Part shown: positions 12,001-20,200 of the stretch, one piece after another
Position numbering within the stretch: position 1 is the stretch's first letter
How the letters are laid out: every line of letters begins with the position of its first letter
Origin: a virus
Strand: one strand, 5' to 3'
Virus record (IMG/VR): IMGVR_UViG_3300027573_000023
Span: 1-64,000 of that record
DNA: 64,000 nt
Translations under genes and position numbers: made by a program
Notes under the pieces: generated by a model
What the model saw: only the letters and a program-made list of their open reading frames with translations
What the model was told of the DNA's origin: nothing
Databases searched by the model: none

Positions 12001-14193
12001 GGGGATATAAACGAAATTCCTGATGCAGATACATTGGAAGGACTTATAGGTAGAGAACCTGGAGATATGACTGTTGAGGAAATGTATGAACAACAGTTTA
12101 TGTTGAAAGAGTTTGTTAAGTATGCTAAGTTGGCCTCCCAACTATTTGAAGTGATACAAGGAAGTAATCATGATACTGCCAATATCAATGACCCATACTT
12201 GGTAACTAAAAAAGAATTTCAATTGGAGGCTGCTCGTAATACAATTATCTCCAGTGTAAATGAGGATGGGGAGACTATTACAGGTGTGGACAGTATTATG
12301 AATAACTCTTTTGTTGGAAGACTTAGTGACTTTATAAATAAGTATCGAAATGCCTTCTCTACAGTACTCCTGTCAGACAGAAGCACAGTAAGAAAAGTTA
12401 TGATTGATGTACTTAAACCATATATGAAGCTTAATGATAGAGACTTTGTTAAGGTTAGCCAGAAAGCAGTTAATGATTTGTTTGATTGGGCTGTTCAGAA
12501 TGACAGAAGTATTAATAATCATGTTGTGAGTATTATGTTAGGTGATGAAAGTGAGGAGAGTGCTGCCAAACAAATTATGGAATACAGAGATAAAGTACTT
12601 GGTAATGAATCTAAAAAGATTCCTGCAGATCCATCTCATCCTATGTTCGATAATATAATTCTTAACTCCTTGATACTGGAGGAAGGTAATAATACTAAGA
12701 AAGTAGATAATATATATCTTGGTAAGATTGATAAAGTGTATGGTCAGAACCTGATCATCTATGGATTCAATGAATTAAGAGAACACTTAACTGGGGAAAA
12801 GAATCCTCTATATGGTAAGATAGTTAGACTAGCTGTTCTTCAGTCTGGTTTAACCAATTCTCGTATAGCTTTTACAACTTTACTTCCTTATGGAGACTTT
12901 AAAGAAGTATATAATGCCACTCTTTCCAAATTAGAAGAGATGGAAAACCTTCAGGACTTTAAGAATCTGGATGTTTTTGAAAGAAACAATTGGAACAACA
13001 GAGATATAATGCCTTTTGTTATGGGTAACATGAGACCAAGTAAGTTTGGAGTAGGTAACTATGATTTAAACACCTGGAAAATTGGTGAGCAAATAACTAA
13101 AGCTGTTAAGAATTTTCAGATACCTCATATTGTAAACCTTGATATATCTTCTGGTGATGCCAGAGGTGACTTTATTGTATACTCTTATGATACATGGATA
13201 TCAAAAGCCAAACGTATACTGTCCAAAAAGACTGGAGACAAAAGTCATGTCAATAAATACTTAATGAAAAAGGTATATACTGAGAATGCTAAAGGAGAAA
13301 GAGTACCTTTGATTAATATAAGTAAAGATAAAGAGGGTAGAGAATATCATAAATATGTATTCAAAGCCATTAATGCTTGGGGAGACAGTTTTAAAGCAAA
13401 TGAGTTGTATGATTATCCAGAAGTATCTAAATTAGATAATGATTTCAGACGTGTTATACAAAAAAATGATGCAAAACATAAAAGAACAGGAGCTCCTGAA
13501 GTGGAAGATAGTGTGATTGTAGATTTACTAACAGGTAAACTTACTTCAGATCAACTGGCTGCATCCAATAGAAAAACTGATTTGGAAGCTGCAGGAGTTA
13601 CAGATGTAGTTCCTTCTGCTGTAGAAGTTCTTGCAGAGTCTGGGCCAAGACACTATGTAGGAGAAATAATTCCAGCTCCTGATGTAATATTTGTATTTGG
13701 AAGTAATCCTGAGGGAAGACATGGCCAAGGTGCAGCTGCTGATGCTATGAAGAAATTTGGTGCTAAGTATTATCAGGGCAGAGGATTACAAGGAGGTGCT
13801 TATGCTTTGGTTACCAAAAATCTTAAAGCAGGATTCAAGGAAACAAAAACTGGTATTACATATGATGCTGTTGGTGAAAGATCTGTAAGACCTGACCAGA
13901 TAGTAAATAACATTGTTGAGATGTATAATGTTGCAAGAGCTAATCCTAACAAGAAATTCCAGATAGGATACAGAAATACAATAGGTAAAACTCGTAATGG
14001 ATATACAGGATATGAGATGATGGATATGTTTAAGGCTGCAGGTGAGGTCCCATCCAATGTTTACTTCAGTAAAGAGTGGGTGGATACAGGTAAAATGGAT
14101 GCTGATTATCAATCACCAAACACTCCTAATATAATGGACCCATCTAATAAACCTACAGGAAAACCTGGAATAGATAGAACTGATGATTGTTAA
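1..14193 (+). CDS. Giant virion (ejection/cargo) polyprotein containing the virion-packaged two-barrel RNA polymerase; 5' end lies outside the window
   Basis: Frame 1 is open from base 1 (AAG GCC TAT GCT...), so ATG at 31 is probably internal. Catalytic motif KTGSDFDIDKL (DFDID at 10771-10785) is preceded by FRTPTQ, as in crAss-like/phi14:2 vRNAPs. Also has N-terminal Gly-rich hydrophobic segments, a long coiled coil, a zincin-like HEVFE (6472-6486) and a C-terminal FVFGSN..GRHG.GAA domain. Confidence 0.9.
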   Translation, partial: KAYADQRFSSMFDNEVNRYFDDLNKKMEDALPNYYTHAEQDSRWYSTDNIWTANFWSDKVIKNLGYSAGSMLGGGLWGKALKGIFGINKLVRMGKGLELAKGVDDAIASTTRLSRFGAVSEAIGSMGAKTLNQAGKIISNSERGIVSLMGSAGEASMEALGNMNNYRDKMIQNYIDRNGYPPTGDDLLEINNHAEKIGNFTWGMNVALLTATNYMMLPKIFNSSKAAEKRAMNEVIKEGAEEGLQGLEKTMARVDAAYVSKPFILERIAGKKIGGAFDKYLVKPGALLFSRMEAFEEGMQFAIESGTEDYFKRAEENNEDIADFWDNFTGTMGNIFTEGVHKALTTKEGLESILIGGISGGLQGSFSPFGDSKLRERGITGRGGYKGKNTDAAIQELGKGTLTKALKDAKKYFSIGINSQQLRQAAIADNNTLAEKDYERDYVQAYIMPRIKYGKLEAIKEEISLYREQAMASDKAFEAMQDEGIVLENETRDQFLGRLSSLENTAVQMDKIYNTISDNYSATMTPDGKRVYPDDVVDMLAYASGKVLDYDTRLRDLNSSLLARDVKTLPIEEAIKASEGWKTGDVNKIVNDKDVKQATLDALAAIESQEVDPNKDKKDIKKDLVDFASMLVKRKAFATEYENMKAKPEEYTREEKIDVTDPTGALKRDPTKPRESIIIKTKKGDKQVFIGEMYMQGRITEKSAKDHDVYSAPIIVVLGKNADGTYKIKTASGKIVDKTAQELEEDSLSLVEDLKQNKKVAFYIANWNTIYKHRGARVNGKAAMGRIHYDKELDRIMFVYKNHKGQLVQKEVINTDLSMKEAIAQGYKQPKMTPEGVLTPKQQAATDAFVAQKTSISEKLRVRNSIMVDLYNTSKERLDKVVKDLENAKQKLASETAKLEQQIKEEAVTKTGEVRKRTTKLFRDLTKTLATLRETLTNDIEELEAEREELEATIPQFKVFLDDLGSAPESGFEMIKQLKGDIKDLGELVEATKDAIKQTKSMLEHVNELLVNALGVLNTYIKDLKAKNPNIPLFVDDLIDRIEKYLGPEGAQKYVDDRLGLTEQVVELESDINNFKAEINVPALEKRAGVLTADLQELEKSLAELLAMQKAKEVILNEFKEYAVREAETKKEEKKLQSNPDFYKLLVGTLNKIAQNFFGGRDYEAEAKKPNVAVVSSTRAIDDGKPHQARANHFGARLDKMPDRKRKNIKGIIVTQKTQAGVIDGLVEHLLSMVEDAEERAKYPADEFIVMVMVETDRKGNKFLVDQDGKRIPAGADVLNTAIYQVFPTKKLQGTYRDANGKKVLGSMFRDDTPKNVVDSLTAQYEEWVDKQLALDKHEAAYDITASFGFPDFVKYMGETKEEIDHNARTSAKAAGLITDKDLEIGPVVSVKMSSNPFTVGNTTFKDPKGRVFLVLKNGVAKLFNKNFSEDEAIVIYDVMHQVSKNLLNNGGKSDPETEVLFDWLRSTVYWGFAKDRKGKEKPAGYNNIWFKKVTDEKGEDKVRLFISGKTTDPAQAMEFTPRQLEARRGEILIALQKMYNNTSNHLSNEKWQDQYVEIIGIKPDGTPETREWLNYQTYLLSDTYPDGSERTGDKIPLTTKFRPLVDENDTNRKGIYFSLTSGPKIFEEPEPEIPKEVPEEAPEEDEEVEEEEPGYVTEEGYVFNGTKENTIMLNSGPATFTMDIYKHMLDGAGLSVSAPGSTVDAVMKKFNETEAQAIERITNTVATKLKDTIDQAMSDLQAEQEEGKKGTEGVPEDPKGPPVKVVPTPTVVGGIDFSGNTWNDLTIKFGPIRFKMDAKKFLAGDRSRDAIDVEVDDVILEAIKTAKAAEGYDDQDAIAFVYQNILFLIKDQLALFDIKQNATPPLNNPPVEETVVEEAETQVIPYKGNTYTVDFKTGTVTNNKTKKVVSPTSVVGKAVLNQVDWDKGEENVETPEIKPVYLPDTPDDFNDTPLLKSIASGLKVVYVPRFIQEEAYKNDKQNQGHQSIDRIIERGGYSVEELFNLLPNWRELINKKLAEKAKAPKAPAAVEVQKQIEEVKEEGKTANAAVKTDIANANKVNLEEAGKPDKIDINDPSIGTDESDEFDYRLETLEQANAFETENWKKVEEFIGENFPWIPVYRVMNMIKATNGRQAHGALHKAAIYLSQNAEVGTVYHEVFEAVWKMFAGPKEKEAIIREFRSRPGYFIDREDPLQRRIKYSQATSHQIKEQLAEEFRDKKLYGKDPITYKGKNQGNLIKRLFDDLINWLNTFFTGKEAISNTEKLFSKISSGYYKTYNPYLTKLSFAQAGIIDIADIDVGDSAELRINNIPAMQIHDIIQFMTFKALSPLAESNEILFSLKNVLAKDKGKAYEDLKKQVLSRLKTQALTLSKQGTEKGGFTPGEQRMYENIVQLFDTVQDEWDEIVEKHAEHLKTFGLEFDENDELNLNTEEAEGKSDWQDARTIDSFRKANSAVKLLLGTLPAKRMVNGKPKIILSSIGGPTLLPADAIHIDMQNRLHDAVTPGEMMERLNNIALKEANYHQLFRRLTGQDPSENEYDFADIDESDFRLISAFWRTMKKQNADVVTVFVQPSGEVFVSDSTLANASKESKRSMMGSIIAGMKEETTPYFTYGKDGKYRATDVLKKVTFDKMNSYTKFLEGLGIIIDPIRMETEFMPHEQKKFKEIVAWIQSTIAEIGDKETVVDPETGEQVTLDSAIMTINSTTLDIDTRMSQLGVFKAKLDNPIFESTYFNINGQRTQSYVGPNAPSNFYDVISKVQHFEEDLQEPQNRGYRYLLTDKFAKGSLILKRMFVQEKDGTFSDRISGSEGIMKTTFVDGTVDEYTGKKKESSKLNYAQRFLQEINLNIEGIFLNLVPGDSSIEHANRLHHDDKPFVNTSAYQNKLHLAIFRDYFISEVDLARDDRPVVGDRKTTDLRFFKSILADPKSKTPNALHDMIMYSDESGALTAEELYDDYKKEIDIAVQEYIKQEARDTKELFDRFQIIKSTKEGLVAPGLNFKEEELSGEFLKQKLEVLSTNYIIANIEMHKLIYSDPYQYTDELKRIKNFNSPRQALLFGTPQLNAFLHSFYNKGVDPKDKSAYSDFNRDHFRAINIADILGIGKNIGYSEPTETTDGGGYITIQGARKFKLRVGEWTPANEKQFQHDLGYERLAKSGASKEALKKYERKNPHVKNTYTPIKPIVSGNKENGRDYNDVVLHKFALIPISYRILHQLEENSMAVKLYDKMIDEDIDYAVYASGSKVGTEKVHDIYDRETGQFNDAPFETEAEKHGLMTNDFKRGVSNIPFSIVGLQTEVPSKDTPLVTQGSQITKLVTMDFLEAGVPIDFMPGEEDYMKRFKAWTKLDEKGRMQSELYRKIKHNQELLEEKIIEGYESLLKKLGIEATVNDEGEAVFIIKSRERFMKTLKDEILKREVNDNITASFEGFEDGHVLLEATPSYQQIRNILYSIADKSVVRQKISGGLKVQIPSAMLLDKFKVIVGTFTNEKTGETKPILESEELAFYENEDGKRVCEIMVARWFKSTKTDEELLEYFNEDPEGQKQLAALTGIAFRTPTQKQNSIEVFKIKRFLPEDFGDSVIVPADIVKKTGSDFDIDKLSIYLKSLFEDVDGKIKVIPFYGYGQQAKDKFGAMFDKILTTERHKAISGFANAEYMNDMFRDIATGKATSKDREKWIPKFHDMFSDLADENGVIDAEDVRLEFLYSIQKKGKTLLKLTNEDLQDVQRDLFMDKMYRKSLENEYISSLEDLVSDKHNFDALVRPNSAEDLVKLNNKINELKGIPKTDYTNVGNMLSRKFMSKQRHNFVSGKQGIAIAAIAQTNNAQNQRSPIFTDFRKIYQAGFNELDKTILGGNSNAVTYANNHRINFRNYNAIEVDGVIYPTLSISTAKQTLAEKVAGKAKEFISDTIGMFIDGYVDVAKGAWIMEMGATYNTAGTWLFLLKLGIPRKDVAYFMNQPIIVEYLQLIENKGQTWLFSDRNISEALAMFEPIKAMDKEEVDRIKGDINEIPDADTLEGLIGREPGDMTVEEMYEQQFMLKEFVKYAKLASQLFEVIQGSNHDTANINDPYLVTKKEFQLEAARNTIISSVNEDGETITGVDSIMNNSFVGRLSDFINKYRNAFSTVLLSDRSTVRKVMIDVLKPYMKLNDRDFVKVSQKAVNDLFDWAVQNDRSINNHVVSIMLGDESEESAAKQIMEYRDKVLGNESKKIPADPSHPMFDNIILNSLILEEGNNTKKVDNIYLGKIDKVYGQNLIIYGFNELREHLTGEKNPLYGKIVRLAVLQSGLTNSRIAFTTLLPYGDFKEVYNATLSKLEEMENLQDFKNLDVFERNNWNNRDIMPFVMGNMRPSKFGVGNYDLNTWKIGEQITKAVKNFQIPHIVNLDISSGDARGDFIVYSYDTWISKAKRILSKKTGDKSHVNKYLMKKVYTENAKGERVPLINISKDKEGREYHKYVFKAINAWGDSFKANELYDYPEVSKLDNDFRRVIQKNDAKHKRTGAPEVEDSVIVDLLTGKLTSDQLAASNRKTDLEAAGVTDVVPSAVEVLAESGPRHYVGEIIPAPDVIFVFGSNPEGRHGQGAAADAMKKFGAKYYQGRGLQGGAYALVTKNLKAGFKETKTGITYDAVGERSVRPDQIVNNIVEMYNVARANPNKKFQIGYRNTIGKTRNGYTGYEMMDMFKAAGEVPSNVYFSKEWVDTGKMDADYQSPNTPNIMDPSNKPTGKPGIDRTDDC

Positions 14194-14209
14194 TATAAAT
14201 AATTAAATT

Positions 14210-17200
14210 ATGGCCTGTCCTATTAAAATAAAAGATAAGCTTGTTGCACATGTAGAGAAAGCTACTGACCATGCTCTAAATAAATCATTGCCTGAAGCCC
14301 AGGAAATAGGCAGACGTGTTAATGATTCGTTTGGTATGCCTGTTGTCAGATTTTCTCAAACAGATGGTGACTATATAGATAGAGCCATCAATATTCCTCC
14401 TGCTTTAGTAGAAATCTATTATCAGAATGAACTGAGAATGGAAGAAGCAGAGAGAACTGAGAATGTTGTTGAGGAAGAGTTGGCTGAAGAAGAAGAACTT
14501 AGAGTGATTGATGAAGCTCGTAGCCTTCAACAAAGAGAAGCTGAACGTGCAGGAGAAGAATATGGTGATGATTTATTATACAATTTAGATTCTACAAATC
14601 CTGAAGTAAAAATCACCACTCTTAATAAGATAGGTAATTTTATTGAAAAACTGGGAGTACCTGTAGAGTTTACTGATTTTGGTGATTCTCCTGCAGTGGC
14701 TGCTGCTAACTTTGTAAAAGGAGTTATTCAGATAACTAGCAACATTGATAAAAGACCTGCAGCCTGGAATAGCCTACCTGAAGAAGCTGCTCACTGGTGG
14801 TACAGACTTTTAAAAAATCATGATCTAAAACAAGAGCTATGGGATCACCACTTAACTTTGGCCAAAGCTAATGAGCTGTATAGAACTGAGTATGGAAAAC
14901 TTGTAACTTCTCCTGAACAACTTAAGGAAGAGGCTATTGGTCAAATCATAGCAGATGTAATACAGAAGATAGAGAATGGTACTGCTACTGAGAAAGAGAA
15001 ATCATTTTGGGAAAAGTTCAAAGACTTCATAAGAAATTTTTTTAATAGAGATGCTCTTACTGATATATCAGAAGATAGTTTTACTATGGCTGCCCAGAGA
15101 ATCCTTAACTCAGACTTAAGTGATTTACTATCTCCACAAGAATACAGAGAATTATATCAGATAACAGAAAACATTATTATGGCTGAGGATGCTCCTTCTG
15201 AGGATGAGTTTGTTCCTAATGTAGAAAATGTAAATGAGTATATAGATAATCTTCTTGCTGGAAAATTCAGAAGAAGAACAAGGTTTATGCCACAGACTTT
15301 AGCAAGAATAAGTTATTTGACTACTGCTGTTTTGAAAAAAGAAAAACTTACACCAGAGCAAAAAAGAGCATTAGAAACAAAACACAGATATGCTACTATT
15401 ACTCCTGATCTTATTTCATTTGAAACACTTAGAAGAAAACACAAAAAACAACCTATACCTTTAAATGCTGATATTAAAGTTGAGGGTGCAAAAAAAGATG
15501 AGATCTCTTTATTAAATACTGTTTTGGATCTTATTAGAAAAGAGAACCCTCAAATGAAATCTATAAATGTTGAAGATTTTATTAATGAGGTTAATGTATT
15601 TTTAGATGAAGAATACAGACTGGGGTTTGCTCGTGAGGGAGAGGGAAGTATGTGGGAAACCTGGAAGGTTAATGATACATTTGCTGATCCTACAGATATA
15701 AAACACAGAAAAATAAGTTTAAGATTTAATGATGAATATATAGATAAGAGAAGCCACTTTGGTCTTTCTCCAATAGCCTTTGGAAGCTATACTCCTTTTT
15801 TGGACAGTGTACTAATACATGAGATTCAAAATGATTTCTTTGAGGAATTAGTGCCTGCTGAAAAATCTGATAAGATGTCACTAGCACACAGTATTGCACA
15901 AGTTTTGAAATATAGCAGTATTTTTTATGATACTGTTCTTGAATCTATAGATAAATCTACACCATTTAACTTTAATGAGGTACAGGATTTATATACCAAA
16001 TTTAAACAGAGATTAGATGAGCAGAATAATATGTTTCCTCAAGATAGTTTGGAACTTGAGCGTGCAAGAGATGCTATGGATAGCTTGTTTAAGATTAAAA
16101 GAGTGCTGGATGATATAAGAAACAAAAAAACTCTGAAGTTTGTTGATCAGCAAATAATGGATATGTATAAAGAGAAAGGGTTAATGAATCCTGAGGTAGT
16201 AAAAGAGGGTGCTATAACTGATTTCATAAACAGAATAGAAGAAAAAGGTTATCAACTTAAAACAGATGAGAAATATTTATTAAGAATGGCTCTTAGTACT
16301 GTAAGATTTTATAATGTAGGATTTGCAAACAGCCTTAACATAGGTAATTGGTTCAATAAGCAATACCTTGAACATAGAAGAAGAGTACAAGCTGCTTATA
16401 CCAGAGAAAGAGTAGCAAAAAGTTTGGTAGGATATAACAATATGACAGTAGAGGATTTTTCAAGATTAGTGGATAACATTCAATATAATGTAAACCTAAC
16501 ACAGGAAAATAAAGTTGAAGAAGAACAAAGAGCTATTAATTCTAATATTAAATCTTTTAGAAAAGAATTAAATTATTTCACCCCTCTTATTCATAAAGTA
16601 TTACAGACTGCTATTATAAATAATCCAGGAAAAAAATTATATTTCAGTGGTTATGATATAGCTCTAATCTCTCAGGTTCAAATAGAGAAGAAAGGAGTTA
16701 AGACCCCTACAGCAAATTTATATGCAGGACCAGAAGATGTTGCAGCTGGTAAGGCTGATAAGTTAGGAGCCATGTGGATTAATATGAATAATGTAAGAGG
16801 AGTTAAATTAAAATATGTTGAGAATATCCCAGGATTTGTAACACCAGTAAGTGGATATGAGATAGATGTTTCCAATTATAAATTTGAAGCACCTATATTA
16901 TTTTCTTTAAAAGAACAAGTAGCTGAGCAAGCAAGACCAGCAGCTATTGAAGTAGCTCCACAAACTAAGAATGTAAGACCTTCTAAAGCAAATAGTGAAA
17001 CACTGATTAAGGTGAAAGAAGCTATGCGCCAGATGGGTGTACAATTCCAGCTTCTACATGATTACGTTAAAGGTAATCCAGACATTGATGTGAAAGACGT
17101 TAATGGTTTAGCTGACCTGTCTTCAGGAGTAATTGCTGTCGCTCAGGGAATGGAAGATGTTGCGCTAACAGAGGAGATGGTGCACATTGCTACAGCAATA

Positions 17201-20200
17201 TTAGAACAAACGAATCCATCATTGATAACTAACATGATATCAAAGATAGAGAGATTCAAAATCTACAAACTTACATACAACCAATATAAAAACAACAAGA
17301 ACTACCAGCTGTCCAATGGCAAACCAGACATTCGTAAGATTAAAAAAGAAGCTGTTGACAGATTAATAGCTGAACACATCATACAACAATCTGAAGGAAG
17401 CACAGACTTCCCTGAATTAATGCAGAGAGAGGACAGAAATTTGGTGCAGTCATGGTGGGATAATATTCTTGAAACCTTAAGAAACCTTTACAGCAAAACT
17501 AAAGTTGATTTATTTGCTCAGGCTGCAGAACATATCATGGCTGGAAACATTGGCAGAATTGAAGACATGAAAGCTCAGGGAGTTTACTATCAGTTAAACA
17601 AGAATGTAGTGGGTAATAATGCTCAGGTTGATAGCCTCTTTGATCATGCTAGTAGTATTCATGGCAGAATGGAATTAAAAGATAAAACTGATGCTAAGAA
17701 ACGTCATTACCTATTGGATAAAACAATAGAAGTAGCCAGAAGTATCACAGAAAAAACCAAAGCAAAAAGCAGCATGCCTGACAGATCAGAATTTGAAAAA
17801 ATAATTGATCTTCAAAAGCAAAATTGGGGTACTGAAGGGCACAGATATATCCATAAATATATCACTGATAATCTAATAGATAAAGATGGCTTTAAAAAGC
17901 CTTTCACAGATATTCCTGTTACCTCTGTATTGGATGATGCTGCTCAAGAAGTACTTAATACATTCTGTCAAAATCTGATTAACTCTTATCCAGAGGGAAC
18001 CAGATTCTTGCTTGAGACAATGGTATTGAATCAAAGAGAGAAAGGATTGCTTGGTTCTACTGCTGACTTTATTGCAATATCTCCTGCTCAGAAAGCAGAT
18101 GGTTCAGAAGATATAGCTGTAGATGTGTTAGACTGGAAGTTTACTGACATTGATAAGAGCAGAGAAGAAGATGTGCCTTGGTACAAACAGAAAGACTGGA
18201 AGCCGCAGATGGGTGAGTACTCTAAAATTATGTATGAGTATGGAGTGAAACCTGCTCAGCTCAAAAAGGCCAGAATGATTCCTTTCATTATGAATTATGA
18301 AGACATTGTTAAAGGAGATAAAAAAAGTGGTAAGAGACCTTCATCAATTGAAGTTGGTAAAATAGATAGCTTGACAGAAACAACCTTGTATCTATTGCCT
18401 GTACCTATTAATACTGAAACAACTGGAAATGAGGCTATTGATGATTTATTGAAAACCTTACGTTCTCAATGGGATAAGATGTATTCCAAACAGGTGAGTC
18501 CTGAGGCAAGATCTATCAAGAGAATTCAGATGAATGAATTAGCCAAAGCTATTCGTGTTCTGCATGTAACTTTAAACTTTAGTCCTCTGGTAAGTGTGGG
18601 TAGAACCTTTGATAAAACGTCTAAGGCTGCTTTAGAGACATTTAAAGACATAGACTATACTAAGTTATCAACAGAACAAATTAAGGCCAAATTACAGGAG
18701 CTATTGGAGCACAAAGCTAACGCTGCAAACTTTACTATGCTTGATGAGGCTTTCATCTCTCAATTTGGAGATGAGAACCTGTCACCAGAAGCCACTAAAA
18801 CTCTGTTGGGATTAAAAGCTGTGTCAGCAAACGCTAAATCCTCTCTTAAAAAAATACTTGTTCTTCAGAAAGAGTATGTAGCACAGATTGCTGTGAGAGA
18901 AAAATTTATAAGTGAGAACAATAAAACTGCTTTATTTGATGCTGAAAGAGAAATCAGTGGTATGGTTAAGAACTTTGTTGAGGGAAGCAGACTTCCTGCC
19001 AAGCTTATAAACTTTGCTTCCAATCTTATCATGCGTGTTAAGAAATTATCAGAGAAAAAATTCATAGATAAATACAATGAATTCAAACAGATACTTCTTC
19101 CTTTAGAGAAAGAAGCAGCTGCTCGTGGTGTCAGAGCTTTTGATATGATTGGCACTACAGACGAGCATGGGTTACATCTTATTAAGAAGGTTAAGAAAGA
19201 ATTCTGGAATGCTGTTACAGAAGCTAAAGAAGAGGGTAATGAAGATAAAAAGTTCCTTATGCAGAACATGGATATGGTTGAGTTTAACAGACTTGCTAAA
19301 GAAGCCATGGATAAAGGTATAGCAGAACTTAATCTAATAGAATTCTCAGAAGATGCAGATCAGGATGCTTATATCAGAGCTGGAAAAATTAAACGCTTAA
19401 GAAACTCCATTGATATCAATAGAAAAGATTTCTTTGGCTACAATGAATATGTATTCAATCACATTTTCAGACAGGTAGTCAAATCAGATGATCACTTATC
19501 TGATGAGTATAAAAACATGGCAAAAAGCAAAGCTGCTCTGGATGCCTGGAACTTCTTTACAGAAATGAACGAAAGAGCCAGAACTGTTGGGTACATAGAT
19601 AAACAAGGGATGTCTTTCTTTCCATTAATTGAGGCCAGTATCCTTGATAAAATGAAACAGACAACCAATAAGGGAACTGAACTTTTGGATATCTTCAAAG
19701 GTTTGTATACTGTTAAGGTAAATGAGGAACAGACTTTTGGTAAGGTAGATACAGAAACAGGACAAACTAAAAAAACATTACCAAAATACTTTACCAAAAA
19801 AGGAAACTTAGCAACTGAGCAACTCTCTACAGATTTGAACAAAGTAGGTGCGCTATGGATTAAAGCCTTAATGGATTTTGAAGCAAAGGATTCCATAGAG
19901 AATACCCTTCTTACTATAGGAGCTGTTGAAAGATCTAAAGGAAGCTTAATGGTAGATGAACAGGGAGATTTGATTCCTGAGGGAGCTGGATTTAAAGTTA
20001 ACAAGAAAGTAAACAAAAATGCAGATGTGTATGATGCTATTATTGATGATGGCTTATATGATTTGGAAGAAAACTTGGGTTCTGTAGGTAATATTAGTTT
20101 AAGAAAATTTGCTAAGAGTACTACCAAAACTGCAGAAGCTGGTATAGAAAGAGAAGTTGCCCTTAGAAAAGGATTAAAAAATCTTGACACCTGGACCAGA

